Positions 47,186 through 56,776 of a stretch of 64,000 nucleotides of DNA are shown piece by piece. Origin of the DNA: an uncultured Verrucomicrobiae bacterium (lineage in GTDB: Bacteria; Verrucomicrobiota; Verrucomicrobiia; Chthoniobacterales; UBA10450); the NCBI GenBank assembly GCA_963762685.1, contig CAVXLV010000006.1, forward strand, positions 167,308 to 231,307, in the 5' to 3' direction. Position numbers and translations under genes: made by a program. The first letter of the stretch is position 1. Each line of letters starts with the position of its first letter. Below the pieces are notes generated by a model. That model made no database searches. It was not told the DNA's origin and saw only the letters and a list, made by a program, of their open reading frames with translations.

Positions 47186-49648
47186 ATGATGAACGATCTC
47201 CGTTACGGCCTGCGCCAACTGCTCAAACATCCCGGCTTCACCATCGTGGCCGTGCTCACGCTCGCGCTCGGGATTGGAGCCAACACCGCCATCTTTAGCG
47301 TCGTCAACGCGCTCCTGCTAAAGCCGCTGCCATTCCCTGCGCCGGAGCAGTTGGTCGCGTTCGGCATGACCAATACCCGGCACGCCGATATGCGCGATCA
47401 GCTTGGCTCGCTCTCGTATCCCGACTTCTTCGATTTCCGGGAACAAAACCGCACGCTGGCTAATCTGGCCGTCTATCGGGATCGCTTGTTCGCGCTCACC
47501 AGCAGTGAGGGCGCAGCGAGTGTGCGCGGTGTGAAATCGAGTGCCGAATTCTTCGAGGTGCTGGGAGTAAAGCCAGTTCTGGGGCGAGGCTTCGAACGTG
47601 CCGATGAAGCTGCGGCCGGTGGGCCGGGCGGACTCAAGATCGTGCTCAGCTACGCATTTTGGCAGCAGCATTTCGGCGGCGACCAGAATGTGCTCAACCG
47701 CACGATCGAACTCGACCGGCGCCCCTACACCGTCATCGGCGTCATGCCCGCACAGTTCCAGTTCCCGATCCAGGCGGACCCGATCGAGTTCTACGTCACG
47801 ATCGCGGATGACGCCTCCAATCCCGATGGCTCGTCGCCGCCAACAGAGCAGCGGGGCAGCCATAGCCTGAACGCGATCGCGCGTTTAAAACCCGGAGCGA
47901 CCATCGCACAAGCGCAGACCGATCTGGCAACAATCGCGCGCAGTCTGGAGCAACAATTTCCCGACACGAACACGAACTTCGGTGTCGCCTTCAAGACACT
48001 GCGCGACGACCTGATCGGCGATGTGCGCACCGCGCTTTACGTGCTCTTCGGCGCCGTCCTCTGCGTGCTCCTGATCGCGAATGCCAATGTGGCCAATCTC
48101 CTGCTGGCCCGCGCCTCCGTGCGCGGGAAGGAGATGGCGTTGCGCGCCGCGCTGGGCGCGAGCCGGGCCCGCATCGTTCGGCAATTGCTCACCGAAAGCG
48201 TGATGCTGTCTGTGCTTGGCGGCGTGGGCGGTCTCATTCTGGCGCAGTGGGGGACGGAAGCATTGATCAAAGCCGTCCCGCAGAATATTCCGCGCATCGC
48301 GACGATTCAGCTCGATGGCGTTGTTCTCGCTTTCACCTTGCTCGTCTCTCTCGCCACCGGGGTGATATTTGGGTTGGTCCCGGCCTGGCAGGCCTCGCGC
48401 GTCGACCTGAACACCGCGCTTAAATCCGGCTCGCGCACCGGCGGCGGCGGGGAGGGGAAAGGGCGCTTGCGCAATGGGCTGGTTATCGCCGAAGTGGCGC
48501 TGGCGCTCATTCTTCTCATCTGCGCTGGATTGTTGCTGCAAAGCTTCGCGCGTCTCGGCCGCGTTTCGACGGGCATGCGGACCGACCGCCTGCTGACCGC
48601 GCGAGTGCAATTACCCGATGTCGGCTATCCGAAAAACGAAAACATCATCGCATTCTTCGATCAGCTTCTTCCGCGTCTCCGCGCCATTCCTGGAGTTGAG
48701 TCAGCCAGCGTGATCATGCCGCTCCCACTCACTGGCAGCAATATGGTGACGACGTTTGACGACGCCGAACATCCGCTCCCTGACGGGCAGCGGCCGGGCG
48801 CGCCGGTCCGCATCATTGGCACCGATTACTTCCAGACGATGGGAATTCCCGTCCGGCAGGGTCGTGTTTTCAATTCCAGCGATCGCTTCGAAACGGCGCC
48901 CGTCGTGATCGTGAACGAGCGATTTGCGCAGAAGTTTTTCCCGGGCCAGAACGCCCTGGGCAAACGCATCCAGCCCGGCTTCGCGGCGGACGAGTCCGGG
49001 GAAAAGATGCGCGAGATCGTGGGTGTGGTCGGAAACGTGAAGCATCTCGCGCTGAAAAACGAAGACTCGCCGGAGATGTATTTGTCGCAGACGCAGATTC
49101 CGTTTAACAGCATCTCGCTGGTCTTGCGCACGAGCGTGTCGGATCCCGGCGCGTTGACCTCGGCCGTGCGCAAAGAATTGGCCGCGCTGGATCGCTCTCT
49201 TCCCCTAACGAGTGTCCGCGTCTTCGACGAATACGTGGCGCGCTCGCTCGCCCGGCCGCGTTTTGATGCGATCCTGCTTTCCATTTTTGCCGGCACCGCC
49301 CTTCTCTTAACTGCTATCGGCATCTACGGCGTAATGGCTTACTCAGTCGCGCAAAGGACAAACGAAATCGGCATTCGCATTGCGCTGGGGGCCGGGAAGC
49401 AAAACATTTTTCGGCTGATCGTCGGCCACGCCATGTTGTTGGTCGGCATTAGCGTGGCGATCGGGCTGGCGGGAGCGTTTGCCGCCACCCGCTTGCTGAA
49501 CACCATGCTTTTCGGCGTGGGTGCCTCCGATCCCGTCACCTTCATCGCGATCGTCCTGCTCGTTTCGGTGGTCGCTTTTTTGGCCGCGTGGTTGCCGGCG
49601 CGCCGCGCATCGAATGTGAATCCAATCGTGGCGCTGCGGGCTGAATAA
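47186..49648 (+). CDS. ADOP-family duplicated FtsX/MacB-like ABC permease, paralog 2
   Basis: 820 aa and intact. N-terminus [52 protein letters not shown]-terminus NPIVALRAE. Confidence 0.85.
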   Translation: MMNDLRYGLRQLLKHPGFTIVAVLTLALGIGANTAIFSVVNALLLKPLPFPAPEQLVAFGMTNTRHADMRDQLGSLSYPDFFDFREQNRTLANLAVYRDRLFALTSSEGAASVRGVKSSAEFFEVLGVKPVLGRGFERADEAAAGGPGGLKIVLSYAFWQQHFGGDQNVLNRTIELDRRPYTVIGVMPAQFQFPIQADPIEFYVTIADDASNPDGSSPPTEQRGSHSLNAIARLKPGATIAQAQTDLATIARSLEQQFPDTNTNFGVAFKTLRDDLIGDVRTALYVLFGAVLCVLLIANANVANLLLARASVRGKEMALRAALGASRARIVRQLLTESVMLSVLGGVGGLILAQWGTEALIKAVPQNIPRIATIQLDGVVLAFTLLVSLATGVIFGLVPAWQASRVDLNTALKSGSRTGGGGEGKGRLRNGLVIAEVALALILLICAGLLLQSFARLGRVSTGMRTDRLLTARVQLPDVGYPKNENIIAFFDQLLPRLRAIPGVESASVIMPLPLTGSNMVTTFDDAEHPLPDGQRPGAPVRIIGTDYFQTMGIPVRQGRVFNSSDRFETAPVVIVNERFAQKFFPGQNALGKRIQPGFAADESGEKMREIVGVVGNVKHLALKNEDSPEMYLSQTQIPFNSISLVLRTSVSDPGALTSAVRKELAALDRSLPLTSVRVFDEYVARSLARPRFDAILLSIFAGTALLLTAIGIYGVMAYSVAQRTNEIGIRIALGAGKQNIFRLIVGHAMLLVGISVAIGLAGAFAATRLLNTMLFGVGASDPVTFIAIVLLVSVVAFLAAWLPARRASNVNPIVALRAE

Positions 49649-49765
49649 AATGAAAGCTTCCAGCAGCGAAATTCGACTTCCAGGGCAGTTCCAAACTTTA
49701 AGCTTCCGGCTTGGAGGCGCGTTTCCTTTTGTGTGTGGAGCTTGGGCATTCTCTGGAGCTTTCCG

Positions 49766-52225
49766 ATGATAACCGAAATCCGCTACGCCCTGCGCCAACT
49801 GCTTAAGCATCCCGGCTTCACCCTCGTCGCCGTCCTCGCGCTCGCGCTTGGGATCGGAGCCAACACCGCCATCTTCAGCGTGGTCAACGCGGTCCTTTTG
49901 CGCCCGCTGCCCTATCCGGAGCCGGATCGGCTGGTGATGATTCGCGAAACCACGGCGACGTTTCCGAGTGGCTCGGTCAGCTATCCGAACTTCCTCGATT
50001 GGCGGGAAGGTCAACGTTCTTTCACCGACATCACGCTGACGCGCCGGGAGAGTTTTAATTTCTCGTTGCTGGCGAGCGAGGCCTCGCCCGAACGCGTGGG
50101 CGCCGGCCGCGTGACGTGGAACTTCCTCGCGATTCTCGGGGTGCAGCCGCTGCTCGGGCGCGACCTGACGGAAGCGGATGATGTGCCGGGCGCAGCGCCG
50201 GTGGCGGTGATTAGTGAGCACTTGTGGAAATCGAAGTTCGGCGCGTCACCGAAAGTGCTCGGTCAACGCATCCTGCTCGATGGCGTCCCAACCGAAATCG
50301 TCGGTGTGGCTCCAGAGGCACTGGCTTTTCCCCGCCTCGCAGAAGTGTGGGTGCCGATGGCTGATTTGCGGAAAGAGCAGGGCATCACGGCCCGCGGCAA
50401 TCATCCCGGATTCTCCGCGCTGGGACGGTTGCAGCCGGGGATATCGCTGCAGCAGGCGACGGCGGATTTGAATACGATCGCGGCAGAACTGGAGCGCCTT
50501 TACCCGGATTCGAACGCCATGCGGCGCGTGCGGATGGATCTGCTGCTCGAAGCGGCGGTGGGCGATTACCGGCACAGCTTGCATTTGCTCCTCGCCGCGG
50601 TCGCATGCGTGTTGCTGATCGCCTGCGCGAACGTGGCCAATCTGCAATTGGCGCGTGCGCTGGCCCGCAGCAAAGAACTGGCGGTGCGTGCTGCTTTGGG
50701 CGCGAGCCGCTGGCAGTTGATGCGGCAGATGTTAACCGAAAGCGTTCTCCTCGCTTTCGCGGGCGCGCTCGCGGGCGTGCTGCTCGCGATCTGGAGCCTG
50801 GATGCAATCCTCGCGCTCAGTCCCGCGCGGGTGGCGCGTTTCCAGGAAACGCGCATCGACCTTTTGGCGCTTCTTTTCACTGGCGTCGTGGCGCTGGGCG
50901 CGGGGATCTTGGTGGGAATCTGGCCCGCCTGGCGCGTTTCGAATACTGCGCAATTGGCCTTGGTGCTGCACGAAGCCGGCTCGCGCGGCGGGAGCGGCGG
51001 TTCCCGGAAACAGCGCGCCCGCAGTGCGCTCGTAATCACGCAGGTCGCGCTCGCCGTGATCTTGCTGGCGGGCGCGGGTCTGACCTTGAAAAGCTTTTGG
51101 CGGGCGCAAAATGCTCCGCTCCATTTTGATCCGACACATCTGTTGACGGTCGGAATTGCGCTGCCCGAGACGCGTTACAAGGAAGACGAAAAGCAGGTCG
51201 CGTTTTTTGCACAACTGGTCGAGCGCGTGCGCGTCTTGCCGGGGGTGGAAGCGGCGGCAATTGGTTCCAATATTCCCTTCGACGACAGCGAATGGGACAG
51301 CAGCTTTCACATTACCGGCACGCCGGAGCCGCCGAAAGGCCAGGAGCCGTCGGCGGAGGTCAACATCGTCTCAGCCCGACTACTTCCGCGCGCTCGGCCT
51401 GCCGATTCTGCGCGGCCGCACTTTCGGACCGGAAGACGTGATGGAGAAAGGCCGCTCGCGTTCCGTCATCATCGATGAAACGCTCGCGCGGAAATATTTC
51501 CCGAACGAGGACCCGATCGGGCGTCAGATCGACGACAATCAAACGTTCGAGAAAGAGCCGCCGCCGCTCACGATCGTGGGCGTCGTTCCGCGGACGCGGA
51601 ACGAAGCAGTGGGAGAGCAAAACGTGGAGATGCTGCAAGTTTCACCATCTGTATTTCGCCGCGTCGCAATACGCCACGACCGGCAGCACGCTGGTCGTCC
51701 GAGTGAAAAACGGAGTCGACCCGCTCTCGCTTGTCCCCGCCGTCCGGCGCGAGGTGCAGGCTCTCGATTCGGCGCAGCCGTTAGGCCCGGTGGCGACGAT
51801 GGAAGAAAACATCGGCAGCAGCCTGGCCACGCGCCGCCTCACGATGGTCTTGCTCGGCTCGTTTGCTGGCTTGGCGTTGACTCCTCGCCAGCCTCGGCTT
51901 GTACGGCGTGATGGCGTTGAGCGTGACCCAAAGAACGCGCGAGCTCGGGATTCGGATGGCGCTGGGTGCGGCGCGCGCGGATGTCTTCCGGTTGGTTTTG
52001 GGGCAGGGGATTTTGCTGGTTGGAATCGGGCTGGCCGTGGGTTTACTCGGCGCCCTCGCGACTGGGCGGGCGCTCGCGAGCGTGCTCTACGGAGTGGGCT
52101 CGATCGATGTGGTGGCCTTGATCGTAGCCTTGGTTGCGCTGGCCAGCGTGGCCATGCTGGCGTGCTTCGTGCCCGCGCGGCGGGCGACGTTGGTGGATCC
52201 GATGGTCGCGTTGCGCGACGAATAA
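49766..52225 (+). pseudogene. ADOP-family duplicated FtsX/MacB-like ABC permease, paralog 3, three +1 frameshifts
   Basis: Start at 49766 ([51 protein letters not shown]). It continues via the 51156 frame ([28 protein letters not shown]), the 51475 frame (FHHLYFAASQ..STLVVRVKNG..LATRRLTMVLLGSFAGLAL) and the 51899 frame ([33 protein letters not shown]). The joins are near 51371-51377, 51637-51642 and 51880. The start coordinate mod 3 runs 2,0,1,2. Confidence 0.8.
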
Positions 52226-52229
52226 GCGA

Positions 52230-52817
52230 TCAGAATTCGCTCAAACTGCCCGCGAGGCCCAGCCGCTCCGCGTCGTCCTGGAGCGCGCTGATTACGCCGA
52301 CGATCAATTCTTCCAGCGGGAGATCCAGTTCGTCGGCGCCGCGCAGGATGTCATCGCGATTGACCGCGCGCGCGAAGGCTTTGTCCTTCATCTTCTTTTT
52401 CACTGAGCCGACATCGACTTCGCGCATGCTTTTCGAGGGCCGCACGCGCGCCACCGCCATGACGAAGCCGCTCAGTTCATCGACTGCGTAAAGCGTGCGC
52501 TCGAGCGGAGTCTCGCGCGTGACGCCGGAGTAATCGGCATGCGAGAGAATGGCGCGGCAGACTTCTTCGTTCCAGCCGTTCTCGCGCAACCATGCCACGC
52601 CGACGAACGGGTGACCTTCCTGCGGATTTTGCGACTGGTTAGGGAAACGCTCGTAATCCATGTCGTGCAACAAGCCGACCGCTTCCCACAGATCAGCGTC
52701 GGCCGCCTGCAACTGCGCGAAGTGCCGCATCGAATCGGAGACCGCATAGCAATGTTTCCGCAGACTCTCGGATTCCACCCAATCGTGCAAAATAGTCAGC
52801 GCGCGTTCTGCCAGCAT
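52230..52817 (-). CDS. HD-domain metal-dependent phosphohydrolase
   Basis: Realistic start at 52817 (MLAERALTILHDWVESESLRKHCYAVS). HD motif GLLHDMDYE, later SHADYSG. About 195 aa. Confidence 0.7.
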   Translation of the reverse strand: MLAERALTILHDWVESESLRKHCYAVSDSMRHFAQLQAADADLWEAVGLLHDMDYERFPNQSQNPQEGHPFVGVAWLRENGWNEEVCRAILSHADYSGVTRETPLERTLYAVDELSGFVMAVARVRPSKSMREVDVGSVKKKMKDKAFARAVNRDDILRGADELDLPLEELIVGVISALQDDAERLGLAGSLSEF

Positions 52818-54893
52818 AAGGGAAAGACTTTGAACCGGCTTTGCGCTCTCGCCAAGGTGACTCGGAGAATTGCCGTCGCGGCCTGTTATTCGCTCGCGTC
52901 CCGACGCGCTTTCCGCGCGCGCGAGATGCGTTTCGTAATCCAAATACGAGCACGAGCGCGACCACCCACGGCGCGAAGAACGCCACCGCCACGCCGATCA
53001 TGCGCAAGCTCCACATCAACGCCGTCACTCCTTGCATCAGCGTGCGCCGGATGGTGGCGAAAAGGCCGCTCTCGTCGGAGACAATGCTGGGCTGGCTGTA
53101 AACCTGGATATTGATATCGGCTGGCGCGGTCTCTTCGTTCACCGTGCCGCGACGGTCCTGGCGTTGCACGCTCACGTCTTTCACCTTCCCGAGCTGATCG
53201 AAACTGCTGACCAATGCCGCGTAGTTTTTCATCGGCACGCGCAGCGAGACGTTGGCGGATTCCTGGCCATCGGGAGAGCGATTGAACGTCGAGCTGCGGA
53301 TCTCCGCGCCGGATTGCGCAGCCGTCGCTTTCAAGCGCGCGACCTTCTCCGCCACGCCGAAGTGAGGATACTCAGCGTGGTCGTTTGCAGCGCGGGCTCT
53401 TGTTCGTTGCGCGAGATGGTGATGCTGAGTTCCACCTTGTCGCGCTCCACTTTCGCGCCTTCGCCCATGCCGCTGCCGCCTTGCGCGATGCGATCGGTTT
53501 GCTCGTTATAATTCTGCACGCGGCCCATGCCTTTGATGCGTTCGATGAGCGCGTCGGCTTCCTCAGGAACGATGAGCAAAACGAGCCGCGCCGTCGCTTC
53601 ACCGGAGCCGTCGCGATCCAGAGTGGAGGACGAAACTTGAGCCTTCGCGCCGTCGACCAACGTTTTTACTTCGGCGAAGGTCTTCTCTACCTCGGCGGAG
53701 AAAAGCGCGAGTTGCGCCCGACGTTTCAAGAGGAACGCAGCCGGCACGTCCATGTCCTTCTCTGTGAGCGTGACCGTCACTGTGGCGAACGCGACCAGCG
53801 CATCCATATATTTGAGTTCGCCTTGCATCTGCTCGATCGACGCGCGGACGCGTCCGAGTTCCTTCTCCACCTCCAGCAGATCGGCGACTTTGTTGCTCGA
53901 GGTCTTGAGGATCTCGAGCAAACGCGTCTCCATGATGCGCGCGTTTTTCAGACGCGAATCGGTGTCGAAATATTGCTTCGTCACATCGTCCGTGCCGAGC
54001 GTCTGATTCTTCAGTTCGCCGAGCGTGCGCAGGGTCGCGAGAAACGCGTCGAGCGTGTCTGGCAGCACCTTCACCACAACAACTCCGCGCAGCTTGCCAT
54101 TGGCCTGTTTTGAAGAACTGCTCGTCGCGACGTAGCCGCGCATATCCGTGGCGGAAGCAGTAATTTTTTGCACCGCTTCCTCAAACTTTAGAACTTCGAG
54201 TTCAACCTGCGCGTTGCGGACAAGCTTGCGGTTGGCGTCGGGCACAACCGAGGCCGCTTCGCCTTCTGGCGGAGGCGCATTAGCCGGTCGTTCTTCCATA
54301 AACTCGGGCGGCTCCGTCTCCGCATCCGGTGCTGCTAGCGTTTCGTTGCGTCGAGCCAGCAAAACCGGCTGCGGCGCTGCGGGTGCTGCCAACGACTTCG
54401 CCGCTCCGGCGATCGCCTCCGTGGGCGCATCTTGTGCCACCATCATTTCGTTCTGTGCGGGGCCCGCAGTGTCGTTTCGAACTGAGGTCTTTCCTGCAAA
54501 CGCAGGCCGTTGCCGCTGACGTTCTTCCGGGACGGATGCTTCGCCGGTCAGCAAACGGCCTACCTGCACCATGCTTAGTAGCAGCGCGGCGACTGCTGCC
54601 ACCTGCGTGGCCCGGAACCGAAAGAAGCTGGCCAGCAGAGGGACGAGCCTGGCGCGCTGGGCCGCGTTCCTGCGGAAACCAGAAAGAACGCGTCCTTCGA
54701 AAGCGTGGTCGGGTTTCATTTCGTCAAAAGCATTGGTGATCATGGTGTTCATGGAGAGTTCCTGCTGGTGCAAGGCGCGGCACGTCTCGCATTCGGCGAG
54801 GTGATCCTGCAGCTGGTTGCGTTCGTCGGGGGAAAGCTGGTCGTGCACGGAGGCGGCCAGCCACGGTTCGATGTCGTCGTGAATGGTGGGCAT
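52693..54893 (-). pseudogene. anti-sigma factor: zf-HC2 N-terminal domain + TM + repeated DUF4349-like periplasmic modules + C-terminal TM; at least one -1 frameshift
   Basis: N-terminus: HLAECETCRALH (zf-HC2), then TM segment VAAVAALLLSMVQVG. DUF4349-like modules start at VELEVLKFEEAVQKI.., at ALFSAEVEKTFAEVK.., and (in ORF 52693..53355) at VAEKVARLKATAAQSG..VSLRVPMKNYAALVSSFDQLG... C-terminal TM segment MIGVAVAFFAPWVVALVLV. The join is near 53355-53365. The 90-aa Arg-rich tail that overlaps the HD gene looks out of frame. A second -1 shift near 52925-52945 would give ..RIWITKRISRARKARRDASE with a stop at 52886-52888. Confidence 0.65.
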
Positions 54894-54898
54894 GGTGG

Positions 54899-55453
54899 TT
54901 AATCCATTGCGGCGAGCGCGGGTTGGAGGCGCTTGCGCATGGTTTGAAGAGCGCGGCCGAGGATGCCGCGGAGGGCGCCGTTCGTTAGGCCGAGCGTTTG
55001 CTCGATCGTGGCGTAATCGAGCGCATCGATATAGCGGAGCGTGACGGCGATGCGGTGGGTTTCTGGCAAGGCCGCGAGGGCGCAGTGGACGCGGCTGTTC
55101 AGCTCGGCTTCATGCGCGATTTGGTCCTGGTGCGCGGAGCTTTCGTCGGCAATTTCTGCGAATTGCTCGATCAGCGGATCGGATGGGCGCCGGCGTCGGG
55201 CCAGATCGCGCGCGCGGTGGCGCGCGATGGTCGCCAGCCAGGCGGGAAATTTTTCCGGATCGCGCACGCGCCAGCGGGATTTCCAGGCTTTGACGACGGC
55301 ATCCTGGACGGCGTCTTCGGCTTCGGAGCGATCTTGCAGGACGCCGTAAGCGATGGCGAAGAGAGCGCGGCTGGAAGCACGAATGATCGTCTCGAAGGCA
55401 TCGCGGTCGCCTCGAATGGCGGCGCGGTAAATCTCGCGGTCGGTGGCGTCCAT
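54899..55453 (-). CDS. ECF-type RNA polymerase sigma-70 family factor
   Basis: 184 aa. Region 2 (AEDAVQDAVVKAWK, FPAWLATIARHRARDLAR) and region 4 (LPETHRIAVTLRYIDALDYATIEQTLGLTNGALRGIL). It lies 5 nt upstream of the anti-sigma gene. Confidence 0.85.
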   Translation of the reverse strand: MDATDREIYRAAIRGDRDAFETIIRASSRALFAIAYGVLQDRSEAEDAVQDAVVKAWKSRWRVRDPEKFPAWLATIARHRARDLARRRRPSDPLIEQFAEIADESSAHQDQIAHEAELNSRVHCALAALPETHRIAVTLRYIDALDYATIEQTLGLTNGALRGILGRALQTMRKRLQPALAAMD

Positions 55454-55569
55454 GATGGGTGCTGCAACAGCCTAGACGCACGGACGCGCGATTCCGCGCG
55501 AAATATTTTAGAGCACCTGCGTCTCGCGCGGCGCTCCGTTTCGGGCGCGCTTCGTTGCTGCAGCCGCGG

Positions 55570-56671
55570 TCAGAAAATTTCGACCACGCAACCTTTGGTC
55601 ACGAGATCTTTGATCCTGGCTGCATCCCAGTTCGCCGTGCGAATGCAGCCGTGACTGGCGGCACGACCGATCGTCTCGGGATTGTTCGTGCCGTGCACGC
55701 CGACGTGCGGCTTGTTCAAGCCCATCCACAAAACGCCCACCGGATTGTTCGGACCGGCGGGAAGATTGTAGAAGTTGTCGGTCTTCACGCCGGAATTGAG
55801 AACGCCTTCATCGTGGCGAAACCACGGGAGCGTGGCGATGCCGACAATCTTCCACGTGCCGATGGGCGCGGGGAGGGTGGAGGAGCCGGGCGTGATGGGA
55901 AATTCGGCGATGATCTTGTCGCTCTCATCGTGGATTTCGAGAAAACGCTCGACCGTGTCGATCACGACTTTGCGTCCGGCCAACGCGGGATCTTCCGGCT
56001 TAAAGCCTTCGCTCAGCTTTTCGATCTCGAATGGCTGGACGTTTGGCACGTTGAGCGTGTCGCCGGGTTTGAGCTGATCGAAATTGATCCCGGGATTGAT
56101 CTGGCGAATGAAATCCTCGGCCGCGTGGAAGCGTTCGCAGACAAACTCCAGCACCGAGCCGTAATTGAGCGCTTTCATTTTCGCCTGCTCGGACGGCTTC
56201 GACGAGGTGGCGCCAACGAATTTCATGTCGTCCGCGCGAATCTCGTAGCGTGTGTAGGGCTCGGGCACTTGGTCGAGCAACGAGGCATCGACCGCACCGT
56301 TAATTTCCATCCCGTTTGCCTTCTTGTAAGACACGAGCGCTTTGCGAAAAAACTCGCCCATCTTGCCGTCGATTTTTCCTGGTCCGAAGCCGTGATTATC
56401 GAGGAAAATCTGCAGCCGCACGCTCGTCTGTTCATCGTAATTCGGCAGGGCGATCATGGGCGTGGGCTCGGGGCGCGGGCGCGGTGGAACGATGGGCGCG
56501 GACGGCTTTTTCGCGGGTGGAGCGGCTTTCGAGACGCGGCCTCGGCGTGGGTGTGGCATCGGGACGGGACCACGGCCAGCGACCCGGCTTCGGCGTCGCT
56601 TTCGGGGCGGCAAAGACGGCAGTAGGGGCGAGTAAAAATGCGAGCAGCGCCAGAGTGGCGAAAAATTTCAT
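55570..56671 (-). pseudogene. L,D-transpeptidase (YkuD) with peptidoglycan-binding domain, one +1 frameshift in the Pro-rich linker
   Basis: The signal peptide MKFFATLALLAFLLAPTAVFA is in ORF 56432..56671 and the body is in ORF 55570..56613. PG-binding block LQIFLDNHGFGPGKIDGKMG. Catalytic block VGVHGTNNPETIGRAASHGCIRTAN. The join is somewhere in 56500-56590. The span is 1102 nt, which is 3n+1. Confidence 0.8.
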
Positions 56672-56776
56672 GAAGGCACAGAATCGGCGATGAGGAAGAA
56701 GAGCGCAATGAGCGGCGGTAAAACGCGCTTGGGAAATCCGCGTTGAAATATCTTCTCCGGCCGTGCCTCTGAGCTT

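Noticed and set aside
55454-55569. An ECF-type autoregulatory promoter (GGAAT ... CGTC) upstream of the sigma factor gene.
   Set aside because: A GGAATC...CGTCTA pair exists on the reverse strand, but its spacing is only about 12 nt, whereas ECF promoters usually have about 16-17 nt. This is not convincing.
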